A stretch of 64,000 bases of DNA, from positions 160,001-224,000 of the forward strand of contig JBGAHS010000010.1 in the NCBI GenBank assembly GCA_044226015.1, in the 5' to 3' direction. The notes beneath the pieces are model-generated. The model saw nothing but the letters and a program-made list of their open reading frames with translations. It searched no databases and was not told where the DNA came from. Both the position numbers and the translations under genes were made by a program. Below are positions 51,001 through 57,979 of the stretch, one piece after another. The DNA comes from Candidatus Obscuribacteraceae bacterium. Its GTDB lineage: Bacteria > Cyanobacteriota > Vampirovibrionia > Obscuribacterales > Obscuribacteraceae. Each line of letters begins with the position of its first letter. The stretch's first letter is position 1.

Positions 51001-53345
51001 CTGGTGCCAGCGTCAGTGGACCTGTTGTCAATTTGAGTACAAGCAAGGGCACCGTTACACAGGTCGATGTGGGCACGAGCACAATAAGTGCCGGTCAGGT
51101 CATACTTTCAGGTACCTCTATTGGAACGGCAAGTACTAAGACTGTTGTCTTCAGCTCTAACTCTGCCAGTCCTGTGCAAGCAACTCTGAATGCTACGACA
51201 GGAGCCGCTTACGTCACAGTAGGTGGCTCTGGAGGTGTTGATTTTACTGGCACTAGCAATATCAAAACCATAGCTTCTGTCACCACAAATGGTGTTAATG
51301 CGCCGATCAACTTTAAGTCAGGAGCGACGCTGACCGCGGGAACTTCTGTTGCCCTCAGCTCTACTGGTGGTATCACTCAGTCTGCTAGCTCGGCTACAAT
51401 AATTTCACCCATTATCAATTTGAGTGATTCCAGCGCGAGCGGTATAGGATCCGTCGGTCAAGGTATAGTAGTGAGCAATGTCGTTGGCAAAACTACTCCA
51501 ATAACACTTACTGTGAATGACACCAGTTCTGCTTTCCTTAATTCAAACTCTTCTGTGAACATTGCGCCGAGCAAAGTCGGGGCGGTGGCATTGAGCAATT
51601 TCACTCTGGTGAGTGCAGGAACCATCACTGTTACAGGTCCTCTAACTAGTGGCGATTTTGTCAGCCTGAGCACAACTGGCGCGGGTGCAAACATTTTGAC
51701 TTCTGGTTCTGGGCTTATCACTGGCACAATCTCACTGAGCAGTGCCCATGGAAGCATCGGCACTACTGCAGCTCCTCTAAAGGTAAATACGACTTCACTG
51801 GTCAGTACAAATGCTCCAGAAGGAACAGTTGCAATTTCAAACTCCAATACATCGACTCTTGGAATTAATGGAAACAGTACTGCCAAGAATGGGTATTCTG
51901 TGACTACTGCTGGACCTCTTGTGATTAACAGCAATGTCAGCACATCGGGCGCTGTCTCCGGGTCTAAGCTGGGTAACATCAACCTCGTAGGTAAGGGTAA
52001 CGTCGTTGTATCTGCAAATGTTACGTCTGAAGAAGGAAGCATCAAGATTCAAGATACTGATGCCGCGAATGGCTCAATAACTGTCTCTGACAATAAGAAC
52101 ATCAAGAGCCATCTTGCTGTTAATACTGGTACAACGGCCGGTCAAGTTTCCTTGATTGTTGGACCATCTACATCTACTGCTAATCAGTCTCCTCCATACA
52201 ATCCTGGAAACAGTTTTGTCTTGAATGCTAATGGTGGAAAAATTTACTTCGGTGCTAATCCTACTGGTGTAAAAGTTTCCAGTGGACAAGCTACGATTAA
52301 TGCCATAAACCAAAATGTGTTCTTTAATACATCAACGCCAACCGGTAAGATTACGTTAGGCAATGGAGTAATCGTTGAAGCTGACCCACCGCCTCTCGTA
52401 CCGACAATCGCATCACCTGCAAGCAGTGCTAGCGCATCAGCGCAGTCATTGCAGCTGGGCTCTATTGCTACTCCATCTGCTATTGTAGGGTCTGTTGCAC
52501 CAATCGCAAACATCGCATCTGGATTTGTCCCGCTCGCGCAGGCTTCGATGCCGGTGCCGACCGACTTAACTGCTAGTCGCATCTCAGCACTTGGGAACAG
52601 ATCTGTTGGCTTCGCGCATGGTGGCAGTGACTCTGTTGGAGAAATGTCACTCGGAGAGATGGCTACGCTCGACGGAACGGGAATTCATTCATCGCAAGGC
52701 GTGCTTGCTGGTGTCGCAGTGATTAATTCAGCGAATTCTAACTCTATCAGTGCTGAGTCGCTTCGCGGTTCTGTTAGCCAGGGGATTGCACCATCCAGTT
52801 TTGTATTGAGTGAAGGACAAATTCTACTTGCGCCATCGAAAGACATTTCGGTTCACACGCCATCAGGTACGGTGCATGTCGACAAGGGTGCGATAGCACT
52901 ACTGCTGGTAACCCCAGAGACAACCTCTATATACAACCTTCATGACGGACATCGCAACTCTGTCTCCATAACTGCCGAGCGCCAGACCATCAATCTTTTG
53001 CTTGGTGAGCATGCAAGCCTGAGCTCAGGAAATGGTGACTTTGCAGATGTAAACTTGCTTGTTGAGGTCAGCCATGCCGACCTGAAGTCGCAAAAGCTAG
53101 CGAACAACACGAGCTTGCACAGAAGTAAGTTTTCGTTGACTTCACTGTTGGGATCTGGTGTTCTCTCCAATCTCAAGCAAGCTGACAACAGCACAGAAAA
53201 GCGTGTTACAGCTCGCCTCCACAAGAACGCCGCTATCATGATGCAGTTCCGTCTGCCTTCCTCGCCTTACGTGAAAATGCAGAGCAAGAGTGTCGGACGA
53301 ATTGCACAGAAGAAAGCACCAGTGACATTGCTTGCTGAGAAATGA
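45078..53345 (+). CDS. Giant secreted exoprotein C (~2755 aa), tandem paralogue of B; likely start ATG 45078
   Basis: Signal peptide MTKNLSAAVVYMLAFQVAVPSLVWA; N-domain very similar to B (PINLDLSSKNRNLTA...LTPAERLAVxQVLSTGQQSILLGSLGNAIGGSFNIG); same propeller and C-domain. GAGTTGAGG-N3-ATG precedes both B and C. Confidence 0.85.
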   Translation: MTKNLSAAVVYMLAFQVAVPSLVWAQARPGSTGNSTGTGSSGVPINLDLSSKNRNLTATNLGSSGQVDIKVGSQMMTVNASTLLTPAERLAVFQVLSTGQQSILLGSLGNAIGGSFNIGSKFNQYASGLVIPGGVTAIQNAAVNNSLNLTGNLVNAGNYLGVSTSQSYTNLLLGAANIYNNPGGHISTVLPAGGLAGYSNAISNVNLTLSALNNIVNSGSITSSGNLNLVAGNSVINALPPGTTGSAPVLQAVGDVNFNAGQIVNSGLISSLTGNVNFATQAQQSLLVDNGGGAIKALLGNINVRDPQFSGKYDVNLAGGDWLSKQLNVNSGDGAVRLNVGKLTGALNVTGGTAHVVADTSSLVLGTMNLSGDPLFSGTGDVTISTPMTFPGVDLAIVAGGNILTSATAVSLDTHSNGVGGSITLVAGANFVVNGLPANEDITITGASASGGKIDLLTKAPASFSINSSGVSGDAGNIQFIAFSGKADASGSITIPSTVPISANSTSGKAGNITFIAGGAGAIPNTSAKLSISGGYTQSGSSVTLNSIGTISAVGSAGSGDITLSTSQPVVSNGGVNILQGTIKSGNFSTSTPVAAKSGRVTLGTVTGSGKLTVTAGDSILFRNAVKVDGDATVNATANNGGITFTNNFVSGGNVTLGANGAGTISTPNQYLTSVAGGGNYQMGVAASPDGTVVVMPNFSSNNVNIINTANNSSTIISLTGTINSGPRGAVISPDNKFAYIVGLDVQGANRTGKVIVIDLSSKSVSTTYNFTATGTPSTFDPQLIAVSQNTGKIYVLSAFNGQQDAQVTVIDPLNPLSPQNIVVTGSKGGASGNSNLAGGIAVNAQGTLAYIASPASNNIAVLDLKTNTVMSTISLSSVSPNSFGPVSIAFNTTGTRIFVGENVVFAKSGKILTIDAVPSSPNFNKVISSSLTFSATSASAGFFPQALTMNPTNTSLIVEPTYLELQTTFNPLTLQNVDNTGIGTSLAPDNYGSNTFSTIVNNNGVRNIRTYIACPTHTNPLSGTMAIIQSPTIMAKNLTMSSGTGQISANYDVQGGTMKVNTGGSVILSNVGSAASTVGASSAGTGGSVFQLGSVAGLSITGNITAGGLINISANTGGIALGANIGSAATSSVTLEAAGTGSITQTAGLLSGKVINLFATGGGSIGVNSGSRVKTATNSLNYFATTPTGNIYLQNTGTLTLNSINMEGTFDLVNTGAITSKQLISAGNVSLITSSGSSAITLAGITAPDAGTINLQTSGSGAISSTGQLKALAGITLTSASGSIGSSAKPLSLHTSNLTALTSGSGSVYLTDDVAITSMGASGGQTFQLSANGDITTSAISGKTINLSVTAANGAVTLGGNIGASTSTVTIKAAGTGKVLQTSGTLAASSLTVTTGSGDIDLSAAANNVAKFSLSSSAGGAIKLDNTGSSATGSQTLSLAKGSSVDINTAGNLIIAGSVGQGGASTVTLQSGGSITQSASTASVTAGSVSLDAVGGVGTSTAPIKTVTSKIIALGSTAAGKLGVYISNTGDLDILGVTGQTVSLTSTGAITQNTLPTNLIEANTLILKSGTNFDIGASGSPLHATGVGGAFNPSTVNLTVTSGGDTYFSAGSGSQSSLVTLNFTGKSTAAGSKGFSIATEISGASAPGAITFASGASMVASNPSAQVVLSTVNGTSGASITQAKTGTSIFAPSAVISGGNIGTLSIPLGVSALKATDSLTLQSTNTVASSTYLNAASNVILSGASSSSKDFNLSSTGNISMSSTGSFNAAQSMTVTAKGSITQDIASAGFSALFATLSSGAGGTGTLAIPVVVNSKSGSILNLTATSAGNVFLKAPSSGVGESLSLAASNAKGSLGFNLQSVNTVTLVQAAVAGVTAPSVSIQVSGAGQSILESGAGVGISGTTVNLKAGAGGTIGDTSPVNVVGSTVKLTANADSVNLGSTSGIINLVGNNTATAALGTGFKLNAAGNIVIAAGASVSGPVVNLSTSKGTVTQVDVGTSTISAGQVILSGTSIGTASTKTVVFSSNSASPVQATLNATTGAAYVTVGGSGGVDFTGTSNIKTIASVTTNGVNAPINFKSGATLTAGTSVALSSTGGITQSASSATIISPIINLSDSSASGIGSVGQGIVVSNVVGKTTPITLTVNDTSSAFLNSNSSVNIAPSKVGAVALSNFTLVSAGTITVTGPLTSGDFVSLSTTGAGANILTSGSGLITGTISLSSAHGSIGTTAAPLKVNTTSLVSTNAPEGTVAISNSNTSTLGINGNSTAKNGYSVTTAGPLVINSNVSTSGAVSGSKLGNINLVGKGNVVVSANVTSEEGSIKIQDTDAANGSITVSDNKNIKSHLAVNTGTTAGQVSLIVGPSTSTANQSPPYNPGNSFVLNANGGKIYFGANPTGVKVSSGQATINAINQNVFFNTSTPTGKITLGNGVIVEADPPPLVPTIASPASSASASAQSLQLGSIATPSAIVGSVAPIANIASGFVPLAQASMPVPTDLTASRISALGNRSVGFAHGGSDSVGEMSLGEMATLDGTGIHSSQGVLAGVAVINSANSNSISAESLRGSVSQGIAPSSFVLSEGQILLAPSKDISVHTPSGTVHVDKGAIALLLVTPETTSIYNLHDGHRNSVSITAERQTINLLLGEHASLSSGNGDFADVNLLVEVSHADLKSQKLANNTSLHRSKFSLTSLLGSGVLSNLKQADNSTEKRVTARLHKNAAIMMQFRLPSSPYVKMQSKSVGRIAQKKAPVTLLAEK

Positions 53346-53374
53346 AAATCAAAGCTTGATTTGCTACGATGCAG

Positions 53375-54484
53375 TTACTTTGCTTTCTTCAAGTCTTCTT
53401 CAGCTTCTTTATTCTGACCGAGCAGCTTGTATGCTTTCGCGCGCCCTCTATAGGGTTCTTTCCATGTTGGTATCAAGTCAATCGCTTGTGTATAGACCTC
53501 GATTGCTTTCTTCACTTCGTATTCTCGAAGACCAGTTTTTGCTGGCGGACCATACACACCATCCAAATATTTGTTGCCGACGTTGTTGTACTGTCGCGCA
53601 CGTTGCTGAACTCGCATCTCGTAAACTTTGCGAGATTTCGGGCTGTGCTTAGCTTCTAGATAATCTTCATAAAAGCGGAGATAGTTGGCAAACCATTCGG
53701 GTATTATGCTATTCGTTGCCTCGTAGCTCGCTTTGTTTACACGAGCCATTCCCTTGTCAAAAAGAGTTTCACCTTTTGCTTTTGGTTCGCGGCGCAGATA
53801 GTACTTTCCAAGTTCGAAACATGAGCAAGAATAGCTTGGTTCAGTCACTAAGACCGCCTTCTCTTCCGCTCTAAGAAGCGTGTCAAACAATGGAAGGTCT
53901 TCTTTTGAGCAGTCTTGCAATAAAAAAGAAGTTGCATGGCGGGCGAAGTCTTCGAGAATGTAACCGCGTTTTTTTGATGACCTTTCTGCCGCATAAAGAG
54001 CTGGGTCGCTGGTCAACCTTATGGCCAGCTTAATTCCTTTTCTGGCATTCTCCTGCGCTGCCGGTTCGCTGAGTTTCCTTTCTGCTGCTCGCACGATACA
54101 TTGAAAAAACTCAGTTCGGAGTGGCTCGAACTCTTCCGGTAATTCTTGCTTTTGTTTTTCTTGAGTTTTGTTTACTTGAGTTGGCGATACATCACCTTGT
54201 CTTGCTTGAGCTGTGGATACATCGCTTAGTCCTGCTTGAGCCAGGAAATTCAGCGTTCTTGCTTGTGCTTGATTATCCTTTTGTCTTTGCTTTGCTGCTT
54301 CATCGAATGGAGTCGTCTTTTGGTTTTCCAAAACATTGCTAATTTCGCACGCATTCAGCGCTTGGCCAGAAGCCCAGGAGCCCAAGCTTGATGCCAGCAT
54401 AAGGGTGAAAAACATCTCTGCAGTGAACTTGGAAGTGAGCACCATGTCGCTGAACCTGTGGATGTAATGTACTAGTTGGATCAA
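53375..54484 (-). CDS. Hypothetical exported protein with C-terminal TPR (start uncertain)
   Basis: KAIEVYTQAIDLIPTWKEPYRGRAKAYKLLGQNKEAEEDLKKAK TPR; hydrophobic N-terminal segment. Confidence 0.7.
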   Translation of the reverse strand: MIQLVHYIHRFSDMVLTSKFTAEMFFTLMLASSLGSWASGQALNACEISNVLENQKTTPFDEAAKQRQKDNQAQARTLNFLAQAGLSDVSTAQARQGDVSPTQVNKTQEKQKQELPEEFEPLRTEFFQCIVRAAERKLSEPAAQENARKGIKLAIRLTSDPALYAAERSSKKRGYILEDFARHATSFLLQDCSKEDLPLFDTLLRAEEKAVLVTEPSYSCSCFELGKYYLRREPKAKGETLFDKGMARVNKASYEATNSIIPEWFANYLRFYEDYLEAKHSPKSRKVYEMRVQQRARQYNNVGNKYLDGVYGPPAKTGLREYEVKKAIEVYTQAIDLIPTWKEPYRGRAKAYKLLGQNKEAEEDLKKAK

Positions 54485-54651
54485 TGCGGTATCTGAGCAA
54501 GTTCATTATGCTGGCATCGGGAGACTAGGTTTACGGATGCCAGAGGAAACCGCAGTTTAAACGCGAGCCTACTGTCAGTCAGATGCTTGCTTGATCAATC
54601 ATATCCTTACTGACTAGTGCCAATCATACAGGATTTAGTATAGACTATCCA

Positions 54652-57090
54652 TTGCGGCAAAATGAAGCAATTACTTTGGAAAACTATGCGGGCGATTCAG
54701 TAGGCAGTCTATTTGAGGGGCGATATCACCTCAAAGAGCTGCTTGGCTCAGGTGGCTTTGCAACCGTCTACAAAGCCTGGCAAACTGACCTCGGGCGAGA
54801 AGTTGCGGTAAAGATTTACCATTCATTTGTTGCCGATGACGATAACTTTGTTCAGAGATTCATGCGGGAAGCTCAGGCACTGAACAAGATTCATCACGAA
54901 AATGTTGTGAGCATTTATCATATTGGATCTTCAAAGAATGGCGCACCATATATGGTGATGGAACTTCTCGGTTCTGACAATCTCAGGCGCTTGATGAACG
55001 AATCTAAGCCACCAACACTTCTTTCATTGCGCATTATGCGTGATGCTGCTAATGCGCTTGATTTTGTTCATCAGAACGGTATTGTACATCGCGATTTAAA
55101 GCCAGATAACATTGTTTTTGTGAGCAAGCCCGAGCCGTACACTGTCAAGATAATTGACTTCGGTTTAGCGCGTGACTCGCGGACAGAAAATCAAAAACTG
55201 ACTCAAACAGGCGAACTGCTTGGTACACCGCATTACATGAGCCCGGAGCAGTGTGCGGGACTGAAGGTTGACGCGGCTTCCGACATTTATTCTCTTGCGC
55301 TTGTTTTATATGAATCCCTTTCCGGGATGCGCCCATATGAAGCTGATAGCGCGATGGGAATTCTCTACAAACAGCTGAACGACCCTTTACCAATGCTTTC
55401 ACAAGATGATGTAGATGGCAGTTTTGACAAAATAAATCGAATCTTGCGCAAAGCAACAGAGAAAGATCCAACCCAGCGCTACAAAAATATGGCTGAATTC
55501 GCTAGCGATATCCAGCGTGCCATCGATGAACTTGAAGCTGACACTCGTGACGTGAGTGATTTGCGTCGAATCTATTTTGACGTGAAGAAGTTCCGTACTG
55601 CGCTTGCGGTTCTTTTGCTGCTAGCAATTGCTGCTTTTTATTTTAGCCAGACCAAGAAGAGTATGACTCCGCAGTTCGATAAGAAAGAAGCTAAGGTTAC
55701 TGCCTACGAAAAGAAGCTTGAGCAAGCGATGGCTGGTCCGAGTATTCGCAGTAAGATGGTGAAGATGGCTTATTTCTTTGAGAAAACAGTTAGTGAGCAA
55801 GACCTTGCAGAGCGTGCATCTTATCGCAAAGTACTTTTGACAAACCTAGATCGTTTGTTAGATGAAGCGAAGACTAGCAAAACAGATAAGTGGATTTTTC
55901 TTTGTATCCGCATGAAAGCAAGATTGATGAGCTATAAACATGATTATTTGGAAGCGATAAAGTTAACAAATGAAGCGCTGCGGTATTGCCATAAACCTGA
56001 TGGCAGCCTGTATTTTGATGCGGCTGATTGTTATTTACAGCTGGCTGAAATTCAGGTGCTGGTTTCCTTGGACGAAAATAAGATTCGAGAAAATGCGCTG
56101 AAGTGTATCCAGATTTGCAAGGAAAAAGGAGATGAGACCTTCGACCTGCCAGAGGAAGAGCGTCGCTATCTAACACGTCCTGCCTTCATCATGAGATGTC
56201 TTGCGCTTTTAGCCCAGTCTTACATGCGCACCGGCGAAATAGAAAAGGCTATACAGGCTTCGAAACAGGTCTTCGAATCGATGAACTTTATTCGTGGTGC
56301 CCGCTTCTTTCCGTTCAATTATTGCGAGGCTCTTTTTCTTGCTGGAAAGCAAAAGGAAGCTTTGCAAGCTGCTTCGAAGATTCTCTACAACTTGCGGAAC
56401 CGAAAGACTTCGCTGACAGAGCGAGAAGATTTTGAGACATTCTTGTTGCTCGGCGATTGGTATATGCGTCACGAATTTTTCGACGAATCCAAATCTACTT
56501 ACAAAGCTGCCATCGAGTATGCTGATGAGTGCAATGCGAATTTGCTGCACGGCGCAAATGCAATGCATTGGAAAAAAGAGACAGCAAAGCTCAGGAGCTA
56601 TCTTGCGGATCCCATGGCTCATTATATGCAACTATGTTCGGAGCACGCTGTTGACTCTTCTATTAGATTCCTGAACTGGGGCGCGGCCGTTGAGGAGCTG
56701 GGAGAAAGCATAAAGCGCGATAGTCGACCGAGTATTTACTACAAGTATGCTTTTGTCTATCGTTATCTTGCACTGCTGCACACTAAGGGGCTTGAGGCTG
56801 CTTTGTCTTCTCTGGCAGAGGTGAAGAAATTTGATGATGGAAAAGAGTTTCCTGATTTGCTGATTCAGTACTTTCTGGGTGACATTGATGAGAAGAAGCT
56901 CTTGGCTGGAACTCCCCTTGCTGAGCAAAATCATGCTCATTTCTTCATCGCTGAGAAGCGACTTGCCATGAATGATAAGGAATTTGCGCAAAGAGAGTTT
57001 GATTTCGTTTTGAGGAATGGCGATCAGGCACAGTTTTATTACAAAGTCACGCTATGGGAGCAATCGAGGTTTCAAACATCGAACCATTAA
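54652..57090 (+). CDS. Hanks-type Ser/Thr protein kinase with TM segment and TPR-like C-terminal region
   Basis: LGSGGFATVY, VAVK, HRDLKPDN, DFGLA, GTPHYMSPEQ and DIYSL motifs; TM ALAVLLLLAIAAFYF. Confidence 0.95.
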   Translation: MRQNEAITLENYAGDSVGSLFEGRYHLKELLGSGGFATVYKAWQTDLGREVAVKIYHSFVADDDNFVQRFMREAQALNKIHHENVVSIYHIGSSKNGAPYMVMELLGSDNLRRLMNESKPPTLLSLRIMRDAANALDFVHQNGIVHRDLKPDNIVFVSKPEPYTVKIIDFGLARDSRTENQKLTQTGELLGTPHYMSPEQCAGLKVDAASDIYSLALVLYESLSGMRPYEADSAMGILYKQLNDPLPMLSQDDVDGSFDKINRILRKATEKDPTQRYKNMAEFASDIQRAIDELEADTRDVSDLRRIYFDVKKFRTALAVLLLLAIAAFYFSQTKKSMTPQFDKKEAKVTAYEKKLEQAMAGPSIRSKMVKMAYFFEKTVSEQDLAERASYRKVLLTNLDRLLDEAKTSKTDKWIFLCIRMKARLMSYKHDYLEAIKLTNEALRYCHKPDGSLYFDAADCYLQLAEIQVLVSLDENKIRENALKCIQICKEKGDETFDLPEEERRYLTRPAFIMRCLALLAQSYMRTGEIEKAIQASKQVFESMNFIRGARFFPFNYCEALFLAGKQKEALQAASKILYNLRNRKTSLTEREDFETFLLLGDWYMRHEFFDESKSTYKAAIEYADECNANLLHGANAMHWKKETAKLRSYLADPMAHYMQLCSEHAVDSSIRFLNWGAAVEELGESIKRDSRPSIYYKYAFVYRYLALLHTKGLEAALSSLAEVKKFDDGKEFPDLLIQYFLGDIDEKKLLAGTPLAEQNHAHFFIAEKRLAMNDKEFAQREFDFVLRNGDQAQFYYKVTLWEQSRFQTSNH

Positions 57091-57159
57091 ATTTGGACCA
57101 GAGAGTGTTTCAAAGACTGTAAACTAGCGGTTCCTTTCACTGTGGTCTGCCTGTTCGGA

Positions 57160-57531
57160 ATGAACTATTTAATTGTTTTTCTTGGCGCTGGAATTGGCGG
57201 AGTTCTTCGCTTCTTAATGAGTGGCGCGCTGCAGAAGGCAAGTGGATGGTCTTTTCCGATCGGGACATTTTCGGTAAACATGCTTGGCTGTCTGGTCATT
57301 GGTTTTCTGGGTCAACTCGCTGAGTCGAGGGGGCTATTTCAAGGTGAAATGCGTTTGTTCCTGTTTGTTGGAATTCTTGGCGGGTACACGACATTTTCGA
57401 GCTTCGGTTTTGAAACTTTTCAGTTGATTCGTGATGGTGAATTTTTATATGCGGCACTAAATGCGGTGCTTCAAGTTGTGCTTGGACTTTTTTGCGTCTG
57501 GTTAGGAACTGTACTGGGAAAACTTCTCTAA
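57160..57531 (+). CDS. crcB: Fluoride channel Fluc/CrcB; likely start ATG 57160
   Basis: GAGIGGVLRF, FPIGTFSVNMLGC and GILGGYTTFSSF motifs. Confidence 0.95.
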   Translation: MNYLIVFLGAGIGGVLRFLMSGALQKASGWSFPIGTFSVNMLGCLVIGFLGQLAESRGLFQGEMRLFLFVGILGGYTTFSSFGFETFQLIRDGEFLYAALNAVLQVVLGLFCVWLGTVLGKLL

Positions 57532-57541
57532 GGGAAATGAA

Positions 57542-57883
57542 ATGTTGCCTGAAAATGGTCATCTGCTGCGAATCTTCATTGGCGAAGCTGAAAAGCATGA
57601 AGGAAAGTCCCTTTACGAGTGGATTGTAAGAAAGGCAAAGGAACAAGGGCTGGCGGGTGCAACGGTAATGCGGGCGATGCAAGGGTTTGGAGCTCATAGC
57701 CAGATACACACTTCCAAACTGCTCGACCTGTCCACAAATTTGCCCATCATTGTCGAAATCGTTGATGATTTGCAGAAAATAGAAGACTTTTTGCCACTAT
57801 TAGATGCTGTTTTGGAAGAGGGGCTCGTCACCGTAGAACGCGTGCACGTCAGATTCTACAGGAATCGTAAGAAGAAAGATTGA
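57542..57883 (+). CDS. DUF190 family (PII-like) protein
   Basis: LLRIFIGE, GLAGATVMRAMQGFG and LSTNLPIIVEIVD motifs; typical neighbour of crcB. Confidence 0.9.
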   Translation: MLPENGHLLRIFIGEAEKHEGKSLYEWIVRKAKEQGLAGATVMRAMQGFGAHSQIHTSKLLDLSTNLPIIVEIVDDLQKIEDFLPLLDAVLEEGLVTVERVHVRFYRNRKKKD

Positions 57884-57979
57884 CATGAGGATGATTGTGG
57901 CGCCCTCAGTCTTAAGGTCGATTTGCCGCCATGCTTATCTGCCATAATTAGAGTATAGCTAACGAAGGAGAAACTTTTC

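Noticed and set aside
16489..53239. Dozens of 60-245 aa ORFs antisense to the giant genes
   Set aside because: Shadow ORFs expected from stop-poor reverse complements of Gly/Ser/Thr/Asn codons; no motifs.
57091..57159. Fluoride riboswitch upstream of crcB
   Set aside because: The ~70-nt gap lacks the GGxGATGG...CC...TGATG consensus by eye; an Rfam RF01734 scan would settle it.
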